A stretch of 64,000 bases of DNA. Origin: a phage. Shown here one piece after another: positions 53,717 to 61,190 of this stretch. The notes beneath the pieces are model-generated. The model was not told where the DNA came from. It saw nothing but the letters and a program-made list of their open reading frames with translations, and made no database searches. Every line of letters begins with the position of its first letter. Within the stretch, counting starts at the first letter, position 1. Position numbers and translations under genes: made by a program. The stretch lies in assembly GCA_018175075.1 (NCBI GenBank), contig GCA_018175075.1_4100.1. One strand, given 5' to 3'.

Positions 53717-53744
53717 TTGACAATAGAAAGTAAACGAGTATAAT
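53717..53744 (+). promoter_or_regulatory. sigma70-like promoter
   Basis: TTGACA, 16 nt, TATAAT. Confidence 0.55.
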
Positions 53745-53777
53745 ACTCACATCAACCACTGATAAGGAAACATAAAA

Positions 53778-54053
53778 ATGCGGATTCTACTGACAGCTAA
53801 CGAAATCGAACAAGTACTGACTACTAACCTGGAAGACTGGAAACGTGAAGCAGATATCCAGGCGGTTCAACAGCTTAACGATGAGTTAACGCCGGATGAC
53901 TTAAGCAAGATTGTAGATCCTCAATTCTACGAAGATATCCACGACACCGCGTTAAGCGTCGAGGATGTACTAGATAAGCACTACATTGATATTGATTTGC
54001 AGGTTTACGGTCGTAAAAACTTTATCACTATTCACGACATTTACAATAATTAA
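53778..54053 (+). CDS. hypothetical acidic protein, 91 aa
   Basis: ATG with AAGGAAA RBS. Confidence 0.55.
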   Translation: MRILLTANEIEQVLTTNLEDWKREADIQAVQQLNDELTPDDLSKIVDPQFYEDIHDTALSVEDVLDKHYIDIDLQVYGRKNFITIHDIYNN

Positions 54054-54056
54054 GTA

Positions 54057-54118
54057 TTGACAAAGTATCTTAGTACTGTATAATAGTTTACATCGAGTGA
54101 GGGGAAACGGTTCCCCTC
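54057..54118 (+). promoter_or_regulatory. early promoter plus leader hairpin (about 90 bp module, copy 1)
   Basis: TTGACA, 16 nt, TATAAT, then GAGGGGAAACGGTTCCCCTC. Confidence 0.6.
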
Positions 54119-54141
54119 CTAACAAAGAGAGAGAAATAAAA

Positions 54142-54324
54142 ATGGCTAAGTGCACTATCTGCAAGAAAGAAATAGTATTAGTTCCAAGTGCCCGTGAACG
54201 TGCCGCTCGGTTCGGTGGCAAAGCGTCAGACTATACAAAAATGTTTACTACCCATGCAGCTTGCCAGGTAGCAAAACGTTCACAAGAAAGCGTAGAATTA
54301 ATGCGTAAACTTTCCAAAAAATAA
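54142..54324 (+). CDS. small Cys-containing protein, 60 aa
   Basis: AGAGAGA RBS; CTIC...HAAC. Confidence 0.5.
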   Translation: MAKCTICKKEIVLVPSARERAARFGGKASDYTKMFTTHAACQVAKRSQESVELMRKLSKK

Positions 54325-54327
54325 GTA

Positions 54328-54388
54328 TTGACAAAGTATCTTAGTACTGTATAATAGTTTACATCAAGTGAGGGGAATGGTTCCCCTC
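54328..54388 (+). promoter_or_regulatory. early promoter plus leader hairpin (module copy 2)
   Basis: TTGACA, 16 nt, TATAAT, then GAGGGGAATGGTTCCCCTC. Confidence 0.6.
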
Positions 54389-54411
54389 CTAACTAAAAGA
54401 GAGAAATAAAA

Positions 54412-54735
54412 ATGGCTATGATCCTTGCCCAGAAAGTAGAATTGAAAATTGTAACCTCATTTGACATTAACGTTAATCGGTGGACTGATTCACACGGCAA
54501 TACTTACCACTCTTGCTACGTGTCTGCGTTAATTGGCGACCGCTGGGAAGACCTGGGACATGAAACCTTTACATACGGTTACGGCACACAAGGCGAATAC
54601 ACGGGCTTGGAGATCATTAAAGAAACCGTTATAGGTTTCAACCCGAAAGAAAAAGTTATTCACCAAATCGAAAAAGAGATTAACAAAGAAATAACAGTTC
54701 GATACAACGATGTAAAACGTAAGAAAGACATGTAA
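54412..54735 (+). CDS. hypothetical protein, 107 aa (paralog of 47590 gene)
   Basis: AGAGAGAAA RBS; conserved motifs. Confidence 0.6.
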   Translation: MAMILAQKVELKIVTSFDINVNRWTDSHGNTYHSCYVSALIGDRWEDLGHETFTYGYGTQGEYTGLEIIKETVIGFNPKEKVIHQIEKEINKEITVRYNDVKRKKDM

Positions 54736-54757
54736 TAGAATCCATTTAAAGTACTAT

Positions 54758-54786
54758 TTGACATTGCCCAGATAGTACTTTATAAT
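54758..54786 (+). promoter_or_regulatory. sigma70-like promoter
   Basis: TTGACA, 17 nt, TATAAT. Confidence 0.55.
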
Positions 54787-54830
54787 AGACTCTAACTTGT
54801 AGTACTAACTTAACTAATAGGATGTATACC

Positions 54831-55226
54831 ATGATTACTAAATTCTACGCTACCCGTGAAGCTGCCCGTATTGTTGCACGCGAGGAAGGAGCAGCATTTA
54901 AAGACATGGGCAAAGATGCACCGAAAGGCCAACGCTGGGCCGTACAGTTCAAAGAGATCTCTGATATTGTGAATTCACCTGAGCCAGTACTAACAGCAGC
55001 AGAACTAAAACGAGCGGATATGCTGGCGGCAATACTTGACGCACAAGATGAGTTTATCGCTGGTTCTGATATCAAAGTACAGGTAAACCACACCGCATGG
55101 ACTCACGCGGATCACCTGGCAAACCTTAAGCGTCCAAGTGAACTGATTCGCAACCAGAAAGAGATCCGACATGATCGTAAGGGTAATCGTGTAACAGTAT
55201 ACAGTAAACGCCGCCAGGTTATCTAA
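54831..55226 (+). CDS. hypothetical protein, 131 aa (paralog of 41555 gene)
   Basis: AGGA RBS; conserved N- and C-terminal blocks. Confidence 0.6.
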   Translation: MITKFYATREAARIVAREEGAAFKDMGKDAPKGQRWAVQFKEISDIVNSPEPVLTAAELKRADMLAAILDAQDEFIAGSDIKVQVNHTAWTHADHLANLKRPSELIRNQKEIRHDRKGNRVTVYSKRRQVI

Positions 55227-55248
55227 TAACTTGCAGTACTAACAACAC

Positions 55249-55273
55249 GGCGGGATCAGTTCCCGCCTTTTTT
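55249..55273 (+). terminator. rho-independent terminator
   Basis: GGCGGGA-TCAGT-TCCCGCC hairpin then TTTTTT. Confidence 0.7.
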
Positions 55274-55287
55274 ATAGGACAAACAAA

Positions 55288-55542
55288 ATGATTAAGGTTC
55301 AACTATATAAAGATAACATCTTACGGGTACACTATAAAGCACCTCAGAGAATCATCACAAAGGCCGTACAGCTTGCTAATGAGTTTATTAATGGTAACCT
55401 ATTACCTAGGAAGTTAAGCAACGGGAAACTGCGTGTAATCGACGTGGACACTAACAACAGGATAGTAATCGAGAACACAGGAAAGATAAACCTTTATGAG
55501 CATCAACAATACAATAAGAAAATAAAACTAATATCACGTTGA
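55288..55542 (+). CDS. hypothetical protein, 84 aa
   Basis: ATG with AGGA RBS. Confidence 0.5.
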   Translation: MIKVQLYKDNILRVHYKAPQRIITKAVQLANEFINGNLLPRKLSNGKLRVIDVDTNNRIVIENTGKINLYEHQQYNKKIKLISR

Positions 55543-55567
55543 CAGTACTCAAATGTTTTAGTACTAT
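55539..55567 (+). promoter_or_regulatory. sigma70-like promoter (module copy 1)
   Basis: TTGACA, 17 nt, TACTAT. Confidence 0.5.
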
Positions 55568-55595
55568 GTACACATACCAACACGGGAGAAACAAA

Positions 55596-55814
55596 ATGAA
55601 ATTATCTAAAATCGAAAAGAAAACTATTGATGAAGCAGTTAAGCACGGTTATACCTTTCGTAATGATTCACATTTTACCAATTTTCAACAAGGGTATCGT
55701 ACTATTAAAAAACTAATTGACAAAGGTTTATTAGTTGAAGTCAATAACGGTAACGGTATCGAGTATCAACCAACACAAGACGCATTTTATTTTAAGAAAT
55801 ATAATATTATCTAA
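55596..55814 (+). CDS. hypothetical protein, 72 aa
   Basis: ATG with GGGAGAAA RBS. Confidence 0.5.
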   Translation: MKLSKIEKKTIDEAVKHGYTFRNDSHFTNFQQGYRTIKKLIDKGLLVEVNNGNGIEYQPTQDAFYFKKYNII

Positions 55815-55843
55815 TTGACAGTACTCAAATGTTTTAGTACTAT
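55815..55843 (+). promoter_or_regulatory. sigma70-like promoter (module copy 2)
   Basis: TTGACA, 17 nt, TACTAT; about 60 bp direct repeat of 55539 module. Confidence 0.5.
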
Positions 55844-55872
55844 ATGTACATACCAACACGGGGAGAAACAAA

Positions 55873-56115
55873 ATGATTACTTTAGAAAAACGTATCAAAG
55901 AAACTACATCGCTGGTGGAACTGTTAACAGTACTGAAATGTAAAACAACACCATTCAGCACGCCGGACTTTATTAATATGGTTGATGTTAATGGTCGCTA
56001 TCGTATCACGGTCGTGAATGGTGCGGCGAAAGTATTCAGTACTAAAAACACTAAGGAAGTGATCCACGCCGTTAATGTTAAAAAAGTAGTTGCCATTGAT
56101 AGTAAAGTACTGTAA
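55873..56115 (+). CDS. hypothetical protein, 80 aa
   Basis: ATG with GGGGAGAAA RBS. Confidence 0.5.
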   Translation: MITLEKRIKETTSLVELLTVLKCKTTPFSTPDFINMVDVNGRYRITVVNGAAKVFSTKNTKEVIHAVNVKKVVAIDSKVL

Positions 56116-56146
56116 GATAGTTTCATTAACTCAAGGAGTAAATGCA

Positions 56147-56731
56147 ATGCGTAATTATACTAAATTCATCCGTACACTGTCAGAAATGGAAACCAACAAA
56201 GAGATCCTTTCAGCTTGTCGGTTAGCTGGCCTGGAGATCATCGGGGCGGGATCTTCCCGTATAGTTTTCGCTTTAAATGATCGGTTAGTGATTAAGGTCG
56301 CGAATTGTGATGCGGGTGTAGAACAAAATGAAACTGAATGTAAGGTATGGAATTTTTTAGACTATGACCGCCCTCAGTTGAAACAGTACTTTGCAAAGGT
56401 GCATATGCATTTATGCGATCCTGATAATATGTTTATCGTTATGGATCGGTTGAGTACTGCAAGCAAAGGCAGTGTGAAGCACGTTAACGCGTGCAATGAA
56501 TTAAAGTACAATATTAAACGTAATGCAATCGAACGCCAGCACCGCTTTGCTGATGCACTACAACACGTTGATGATACATTATCAACACTAACGATAAGAG
56601 ATATCAGAAAACAGAATATCGGCCAGGATCGTAATGGACTTATTAAAGTACTTGATTACGGTTTAACCCGCAATATCTGGAATCAGTACTATAAAAAGCG
56701 TGATGTAGCAGCAAGTAAGGTAACACGATAA
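56147..56731 (+). CDS. putative protein-kinase-like protein, 194 aa
   Basis: AAGGAG RBS; Gly-loop-like IIGAGSSRIV, VIKVA, catalytic-loop-like RDIRKQNIG and LDYG (DFG-like). Confidence 0.5.
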   Translation: MRNYTKFIRTLSEMETNKEILSACRLAGLEIIGAGSSRIVFALNDRLVIKVANCDAGVEQNETECKVWNFLDYDRPQLKQYFAKVHMHLCDPDNMFIVMDRLSTASKGSVKHVNACNELKYNIKRNAIERQHRFADALQHVDDTLSTLTIRDIRKQNIGQDRNGLIKVLDYGLTRNIWNQYYKKRDVAASKVTR

Positions 56732-56746
56732 AAAAGATTAAAAAAG

Positions 56747-56771
56747 GGATTGACTCCGGTCAGTCCCTTTG
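56747..56771 (+). terminator. rho-independent terminator
   Basis: GGGATTGACTCCGGTCAGTCCC hairpin then TTT. Confidence 0.65.
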
Positions 56772-56802
56772 CTATTATATATTCATTGAGAGATAACTCA
56801 CT

Positions 56803-56830
56803 GACCCATAGGGTGCATAAGTGTATCTAT
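56803..56830 (+). repeat. AGCCCA(N)AGGGTGC element, forward copy
   Basis: GACCCATAGGGTGCATAAGTGTATCTAT. Confidence 0.45.
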
Positions 56831-56871
56831 TATATAAGTATTCAGTACTGGAAACTATTTTTAAAAAGTAC

Positions 56872-56931
56872 TTGCATTGTACTTAGAATCAAGTATAATG
56901 TTTTATATCGAGAGGGGGAAATGGTTCTCCC
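56872..56931 (+). promoter_or_regulatory. class-I early promoter plus leader hairpin
   Basis: TTGCAT, 16 nt, TATAAT, then GGGGGAAATGGTTCTCCC. Confidence 0.6.
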
Positions 56932-56953
56932 TGGTACATTAAGGAATAAAATC

Positions 56954-57175
56954 ATGACTACAATGACTTGCATTCACGCTTCAAACCTGCTTAATGATGC
57001 GGCCTTTAATGTTGATTCAGAATATCAATGTTATCGGGATGAAAATAAAAAAGTTTTTGTAGTTGATAATAATGGTTTCCATATTGAATTACAATCCGGC
57101 TTCACTGGTGTTGATGGTAAATCAGTATGGGGCGTACAGGATGATAAAGGTACATATCATTTTAAACGTAATTAA
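56954..57175 (+). CDS. hypothetical protein, 73 aa
   Basis: ATG with AAGGAA RBS; track ORF 56750 runs through terminator and promoter. Confidence 0.55.
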   Translation: MTTMTCIHASNLLNDAAFNVDSEYQCYRDENKKVFVVDNNGFHIELQSGFTGVDGKSVWGVQDDKGTYHFKRN

Positions 57176-57178
57176 GTA

Positions 57179-57237
57179 TTGACAAAGTATATCAGTACTG
57201 TATAATAGTTTACATCAAGGGGAGAATAGTTCTCCCC
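57179..57237 (+). promoter_or_regulatory. early promoter plus leader hairpin
   Basis: TTGACA, 16 nt, TATAAT, then GGGGAGAATAGTTCTCCCC. Confidence 0.6.
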
Positions 57238-57261
57238 ACACCAATAAAAGGAAACAAAATT

Positions 57262-57534
57262 ATGTCCAGCTACTCCGCTACTATGATCATTAAAGATATG
57301 AACGGTAATCCTACTTCTGCTGGTGGATCATTTGGAAACATTAATTTAGATGGTCGGTTATCCATGCAATCAGCCATTGATGCAGCTAAAGAAGTTTTTA
57401 AGAATGAATGTACTGTAAGCAAGCTGGATTATATGGGATTCGCTATCGAGAAAACTAATCGTTTTGTGAACTACAAAAAGCCTATGATGATTGATACTAA
57501 CCTGAAAGCTAACGAAGTGGAATACTTATTATGA
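57262..57534 (+). CDS. hypothetical protein, 90 aa
   Basis: ATG with AAAGGAAA RBS. Confidence 0.55.
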   Translation: MSSYSATMIIKDMNGNPTSAGGSFGNINLDGRLSMQSAIDAAKEVFKNECTVSKLDYMGFAIEKTNRFVNYKKPMMIDTNLKANEVEYLL

Positions 57535-57722
57535 CAGTAGAAGAAGTTAAAAAAGTACTGGCAGTACTACGCTATCATAATCATTGTAAGGTGAAGAATG
57601 ATCCTGATTATCTTGATTCATCCCTGGAGGAAGACACCTTAAACGCGATAAGCTATATGCAAACATTAGCAAAGCGTATGACCGAAAAGAATAGGCCGGA
57701 CTATATAGGAAATAAAATTTAA
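57531..57722 (+). CDS. hypothetical protein, 63 aa
   Basis: ATGA overlap with upstream stop. Confidence 0.5.
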   Translation: MTVEEVKKVLAVLRYHNHCKVKNDPDYLDSSLEEDTLNAISYMQTLAKRMTEKNRPDYIGNKI

Positions 57723-57729
57723 AAAGTAC

Positions 57730-57790
57730 TTGCATTGTAGTTAGATTAACGTATAATGTTTTATATCGAGAGGGGGAAATGGTTTCCCCT
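57730..57790 (+). promoter_or_regulatory. class-I early promoter plus leader hairpin
   Basis: TTGCAT, 16 nt, TATAAT, then GGGGGAAATGGTTTCCCC. Confidence 0.6.
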
Positions 57791-57809
57791 CAAGTCCAGG
57801 AGATACACC

Positions 57810-58073
57810 ATGAACACTATCGAAATCACTATCAATGCACACGTATACGACAACGTAGTACTGCAAACTACTATGACCGCTAATGATACCAGTACTTTGC
57901 GGAATACTGTTATTAGTGCCGTATGTGCTGCAATCGGTGATGTCGCCCTGGAAAATGCAAAACACGTAAACGATGGTTTCACTATGTGCAAACGTGATAA
58001 CGCAAAACATATCATCGTGGAAGGTTACGGCGGTGTAGAATTTAATGTTTATATGAAAAAAGTACTTGCATAA
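57810..58073 (+). CDS. hypothetical protein, 87 aa
   Basis: ATG with AGGAGA RBS; track start 57756 lies in the -10 box. Confidence 0.55.
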   Translation: MNTIEITINAHVYDNVVLQTTMTANDTSTLRNTVISAVCAAIGDVALENAKHVNDGFTMCKRDNAKHIIVEGYGGVEFNVYMKKVLA

Positions 58074-58122
58074 TAACTAAAACAAAGTATAATGTTTTGC
58101 ATAGGGGGAGATATCCTCCCCC
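58066..58122 (+). promoter_or_regulatory. class-I early promoter plus leader hairpin
   Basis: TTGCAT, 16 nt, TATAAT, then GGGGGAGATATCCTCCCCC; -35 overlaps upstream stop. Confidence 0.6.
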
Positions 58123-58140
58123 ACTAAAAGGAGTAATAAA

Positions 58141-58365
58141 ATGGCTAACTTTGATGAACTGATGCGGGAAGTAGCTACCCTGGCAGAAGAGAAGAAATCA
58201 TTCGATTCTATCTATAACACCGCTCACCGTGATTCAGTACTGGCATGTACTCAGGATCAAAAAGATGAACTAATCGCCACCTATCATGAAGCATGGAAGT
58301 ACTACCGCCAATGGGAGAAAGAAGAAAGCGAGTCTACCATCAACGGCATCAATAATCTAATCTAA
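58141..58365 (+). CDS. hypothetical protein, 74 aa
   Basis: ATG with AAGGAG RBS. Confidence 0.55.
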   Translation: MANFDELMREVATLAEEKKSFDSIYNTAHRDSVLACTQDQKDELIATYHEAWKYYRQWEKEESESTINGINNLI

Positions 58366-58384
58366 AAGTTTTATTTCAGTACTA

Positions 58385-58413
58385 TTGACATAGCTTGATA
58401 GTACTGATGTAAT
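58385..58413 (+). promoter_or_regulatory. class-II promoter variant
   Basis: TTGACA, 17 nt, TGTAAT. Confidence 0.45.
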
Positions 58414-58441
58414 AACTTTACTAACTACAAGGGGAAACATC

Positions 58442-58699
58442 ATGGAACAATTCACACAATATCGGGTAAATCCTCAAGCTATGGCCTACGTAGAAGACCA
58501 TAAAACGTTACCAGTACTGCAACCAGTTAAAGGCCATATCTATCGTGGCCTTGCCTGGGATACGGCCCAGGATGGATATAAAACCGTCGCAGTGGGGATG
58601 TATTGCGGGAATGGTGAATGGTTTGATCCTAACAATCCGATTGCACTTGACAGTACTGAAAAAATGAAATGGGCCGACTACATCGAAGATATTTCATAA
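58442..58699 (+). CDS. hypothetical protein, 85 aa
   Basis: ATG with AAGGGGAAA RBS. Confidence 0.55.
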   Translation: MEQFTQYRVNPQAMAYVEDHKTLPVLQPVKGHIYRGLAWDTAQDGYKTVAVGMYCGNGEWFDPNNPIALDSTEKMKWADYIEDIS

Positions 58700-58706
58700 A
58701 AACTAT

Positions 58707-58767
58707 TTGACAGTACTAACCAGTAATGTATAATGTTTTACATAGAGCGGGGGAATAGTTCTCCCGC
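58707..58767 (+). promoter_or_regulatory. early promoter plus leader hairpin
   Basis: TTGACA, 16 nt, TATAAT, then GCGGGGGAATAGTTCTCCCGC. Confidence 0.6.
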
Positions 58768-58789
58768 CAATAGTTTGGAGTAAAACATT

Positions 58790-58990
58790 ATGTCTATCGC
58801 TATCGCCCTGGTTGAAGTACTGAAAGAAGCTAAAGCCAACCTTATCGATGTACAGATTAAGGAATTGCAAAACGGCTTAATCGGCTGTACTTGTACCGCT
58901 GGCGGTGCGGCAGACTATCGAGAACACGAATCACTCGAATCACTGGTTCGGTATCTTACCATGATCGTTGATGATTGGAGAATCATCTAA
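58790..58990 (+). CDS. hypothetical protein, 66 aa
   Basis: ATG with GGAG RBS. Confidence 0.55.
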   Translation: MSIAIALVEVLKEAKANLIDVQIKELQNGLIGCTCTAGGAADYREHESLESLVRYLTMIVDDWRII

Positions 58991-59009
58991 CAAAAAAAGA
59001 ATAAAAAAA

Positions 59010-59034
59010 GGGATTGACTCCGGTCAGTCCCTTT
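59010..59034 (+). terminator. rho-independent terminator
   Basis: GGGATTGACTCCGGTCAGTCCC hairpin then TTT. Confidence 0.65.
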
Positions 59035-59061
59035 GCTATTATATACGCATAGACAAAAACT

Positions 59062-59087
59062 AGCCCACAGGGTGCATAAGTGTATCC
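59062..59087 (+). repeat. AGCCCACAGGGTGC element, forward copy
   Basis: AGCCCACAGGGTGCATAAGTGTATCC, followed by GCTGGTGG at 59122. Confidence 0.45.
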
Positions 59088-59156
59088 AAAATATATAGTT
59101 AATAACGGTGAGTAACTATCTGCTGGTGGAGTGAAAACTATTAATAAAAAAAAGTA

Positions 59157-59185
59157 TTGACAAAGTATATCAGTACTGCAATAAT
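59157..59185 (+). promoter_or_regulatory. sigma70-like promoter
   Basis: TTGACA, 17 nt, AATAAT. Confidence 0.45.
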
Positions 59186-59238
59186 GTATCTCGTAGGGCG
59201 GCAATGGTGCGACGGCCCACAAAGTTAGGAGATTCAAA

Positions 59239-59571
59239 ATGACTACTTCAATCGCTATCGTTAAAGCTTTCATCCGTACTAATGTTTCCTCTGTATTCAT
59301 CGACGGCCTCGACCGTAACGTAGAATACTCAATCATTATCGCACAAACGGCAAACGGTTCTCGGTACATCCTGAATGATAGTGAAGCAAATCACTACTAC
59401 TTCACTAAAGCCACTGGCTTTAAACGCATCGATGCTGATGTAGTATACGCTAAGATGAATAAGCTGGTAGACAAGATTAACGCGAAAGGTACTATCGATT
59501 TACAGTACTGGACCGAAACCGATCCAGAATATGGATCTCACCGCTACCTGAATCCAGGTATTAAAATGTAA
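59239..59571 (+). CDS. hypothetical protein, 110 aa
   Basis: ATG with TAGGAGA RBS. Confidence 0.55.
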   Translation: MTTSIAIVKAFIRTNVSSVFIDGLDRNVEYSIIIAQTANGSRYILNDSEANHYYFTKATGFKRIDADVVYAKMNKLVDKINAKGTIDLQYWTETDPEYGSHRYLNPGIKM

Positions 59572-59578
59572 AAAGTAC

Positions 59579-59638
59579 TTGCATAGTACTTAGAATCAAG
59601 TATAATGTTTTACATAGAGAGGGGGAAATGGTTCTCCC
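59579..59638 (+). promoter_or_regulatory. class-I early promoter plus leader hairpin
   Basis: TTGCAT, 16 nt, TATAAT, then GGGGGAAATGGTTCTCCC. Confidence 0.6.
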
Positions 59639-59660
59639 TCCTACTTTAAGGAGTATTATC

Positions 59661-60062
59661 ATGACCTTCACTATCACTTCTTACGCTGACGTTTTAGTAC
59701 TGGCCCGGACTTTTGGTAAAGCTGGCCTTGAACACGCTGTAAGTAATGGTCATATGCACCCTGAATATTGCCGCATCATTGGAAGCTGTAAACGTTGGGC
59801 CGTGTCCCGTAACATTGAGATTGAAAACTTCAATGACGGTAACAACGAATATACAGTTGATGCAGTATTCGAATCCGTTGATCTCGGCGGTATCTATAAC
59901 ACTAACCTGAATGATGTGCGTATCGTTCGCACGGGGTTCGGTGCTTATGATGTATCTATCCGTGAAGCTATGGACAAGGGATACATTAGCAAGGACCAGT
60001 TAGCTTACATCATGCAGCAAACTAAGGAACGTAACGAAGCACGTACTATCTTAGGGCTGTAA
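59661..60062 (+). CDS. hypothetical protein, 133 aa
   Basis: ATG with AAGGAG RBS. Confidence 0.55.
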   Translation: MTFTITSYADVLVLARTFGKAGLEHAVSNGHMHPEYCRIIGSCKRWAVSRNIEIENFNDGNNEYTVDAVFESVDLGGIYNTNLNDVRIVRTGFGAYDVSIREAMDKGYISKDQLAYIMQQTKERNEARTILGL

Positions 60063-60086
60063 GCAATACACATCACCAAACATCAT

Positions 60087-60106
60087 AGGCCGCTCTCTAG
60101 CGGCCT
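60087..60106 (+). terminator. terminator-like hairpin (no T-tract)
   Basis: AGGCCGCT-CTCT-AGCGGCCT. Confidence 0.4.
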
Positions 60107-60130
60107 TAACTATATCAGGAGGGCATACAT

Positions 60131-60340
60131 ATGTTCTATACAGTATACAGCGTTCTAGGCACTATTGCAGGCGTACATGATAACGTCAATGATGCTATGC
60201 GTACAGTACTGCAACAGGTTCCACTAAAGCCTAAGACCATTAAGCAGATGACAGCACGACTAACCAGGGCGACCGATGGCGTGGAAGTATGGCAGGACTA
60301 CGGGGATACACAGATAATCGTTAGCGTAACGAAGGATTAA
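60131..60340 (+). CDS. hypothetical protein, 69 aa
   Basis: ATG with AGGAGGG RBS. Confidence 0.5.
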   Translation: MFYTVYSVLGTIAGVHDNVNDAMRTVLQQVPLKPKTIKQMTARLTRATDGVEVWQDYGDTQIIVSVTKD

Positions 60341-60531
60341 TGCGTAAAGGGATCTAGTACTGATTCAGAAAAAAGTCAAGGCGTTTTTAAAATTATGCGT
60401 TAAAAAAATGCATAGGTAATCCCTTGACTTTTTTGAAATAAAAGGGATTGGACTATGGCAAAATGCGTAGGGGGCTAAAGGGCGGGTAACCTTAGCGACT
60501 TCGATAAAGGGGTATTACGAATAAAATGTTA

Positions 60532-60559
60532 TTGACTTTTTATATGAATCGTATAAAAT
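60532..60559 (+). promoter_or_regulatory. possible promoter for tandem family 2 array
   Basis: TTGACT, 16 nt, TAAAAT; preceded by inverted repeat GAAAAAAGTCAAGG / CCTTGACTTTTTT. Confidence 0.35.
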
Positions 60560-60589
60560 ATGATTGATATTAATTTTAAGGGAGTCCCT

Positions 60590-60787
60590 ATGCGTATTTT
60601 AACTAAAGAACAGCACCACGAAAGACTTATCAATAACATGGCTATGATAATGTATAAGTCCCATGACCGTGGTATTGCCTATAAGCGTGAATTAATTATG
60701 GCACTATTCATTGGAACTAACTTTCAGGAAAGGTATGTCAACGATTGGATTTGGTATTTAATTGAAGATATAACGAGTAAACTATGA
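60590..60787 (+). CDS. tandem family 2 small protein
   Basis: AAGGGAG RBS; IGTNFQERY motif; first member. Confidence 0.55.
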   Translation: MRILTKEQHHERLINNMAMIMYKSHDRGIAYKRELIMALFIGTNFQERYVNDWIWYLIEDITSKL

Positions 60788-60984
60788 AAATGCGTATTTT
60801 AAATAAAGAAGAATATCAATCACTGTTACGTAAAAACTACGTAAAGATTTACAACACAGACACACATGTAGAACGAATGGAGTTATACCTTTTGATTACA
60901 TTGGGAACAAACTATCAGGGTAGATGGGTGTGGCAATATATGGATACATTGAAAAATAAAATATTGTCCACGAGGAAACAATGA
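60784..60984 (+). CDS. tandem family 2 small protein
   Basis: ATGA coupling; LGTNYQGRW motif. Confidence 0.55.
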   Translation: MKMRILNKEEYQSLLRKNYVKIYNTDTHVERMELYLLITLGTNYQGRWVWQYMDTLKNKILSTRKQ

Positions 60985-61190
60985 AAACTATAACACGAAC
61001 CCAATCATACGGTCTTATCTTGAAATACATGGACTTAATGGTGGATATCAGCAAAGACCTGCCTAAAACTGAAATTGAAGTTGCAAGAGCAGAGATCCGC
61101 ATGTTGGCTGTACTGAACACAAACCATCAGGAAGAGTATGTTCAAGATTGGATTCGATTTTTAATAGAAGATATTAAGAGTAAACTATGA
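60981..61190 (+). CDS. tandem family 2 small protein
   Basis: ATGA coupling; family motif. Confidence 0.55.
   Translation: MKTITRTQSYGLILKYMDLMVDISKDLPKTEIEVARAEIRMLAVLNTNHQEEYVQDWIRFLIEDIKSKL

Noticed and set aside
56750-56953. 5' extension of track ORF 56750-57175
   Set aside because: The extension spans a terminator, a repeat element and a promoter; the true start is at 56954 after the leader hairpin.
40686-59640. Regularly spaced conserved repeats that could be mistaken for a CRISPR array
   Set aside because: The repeats are promoter plus leader-hairpin modules of varying length, and the intervening 200-600 bp are protein-coding genes with RBSs, not 30-40 bp spacers.
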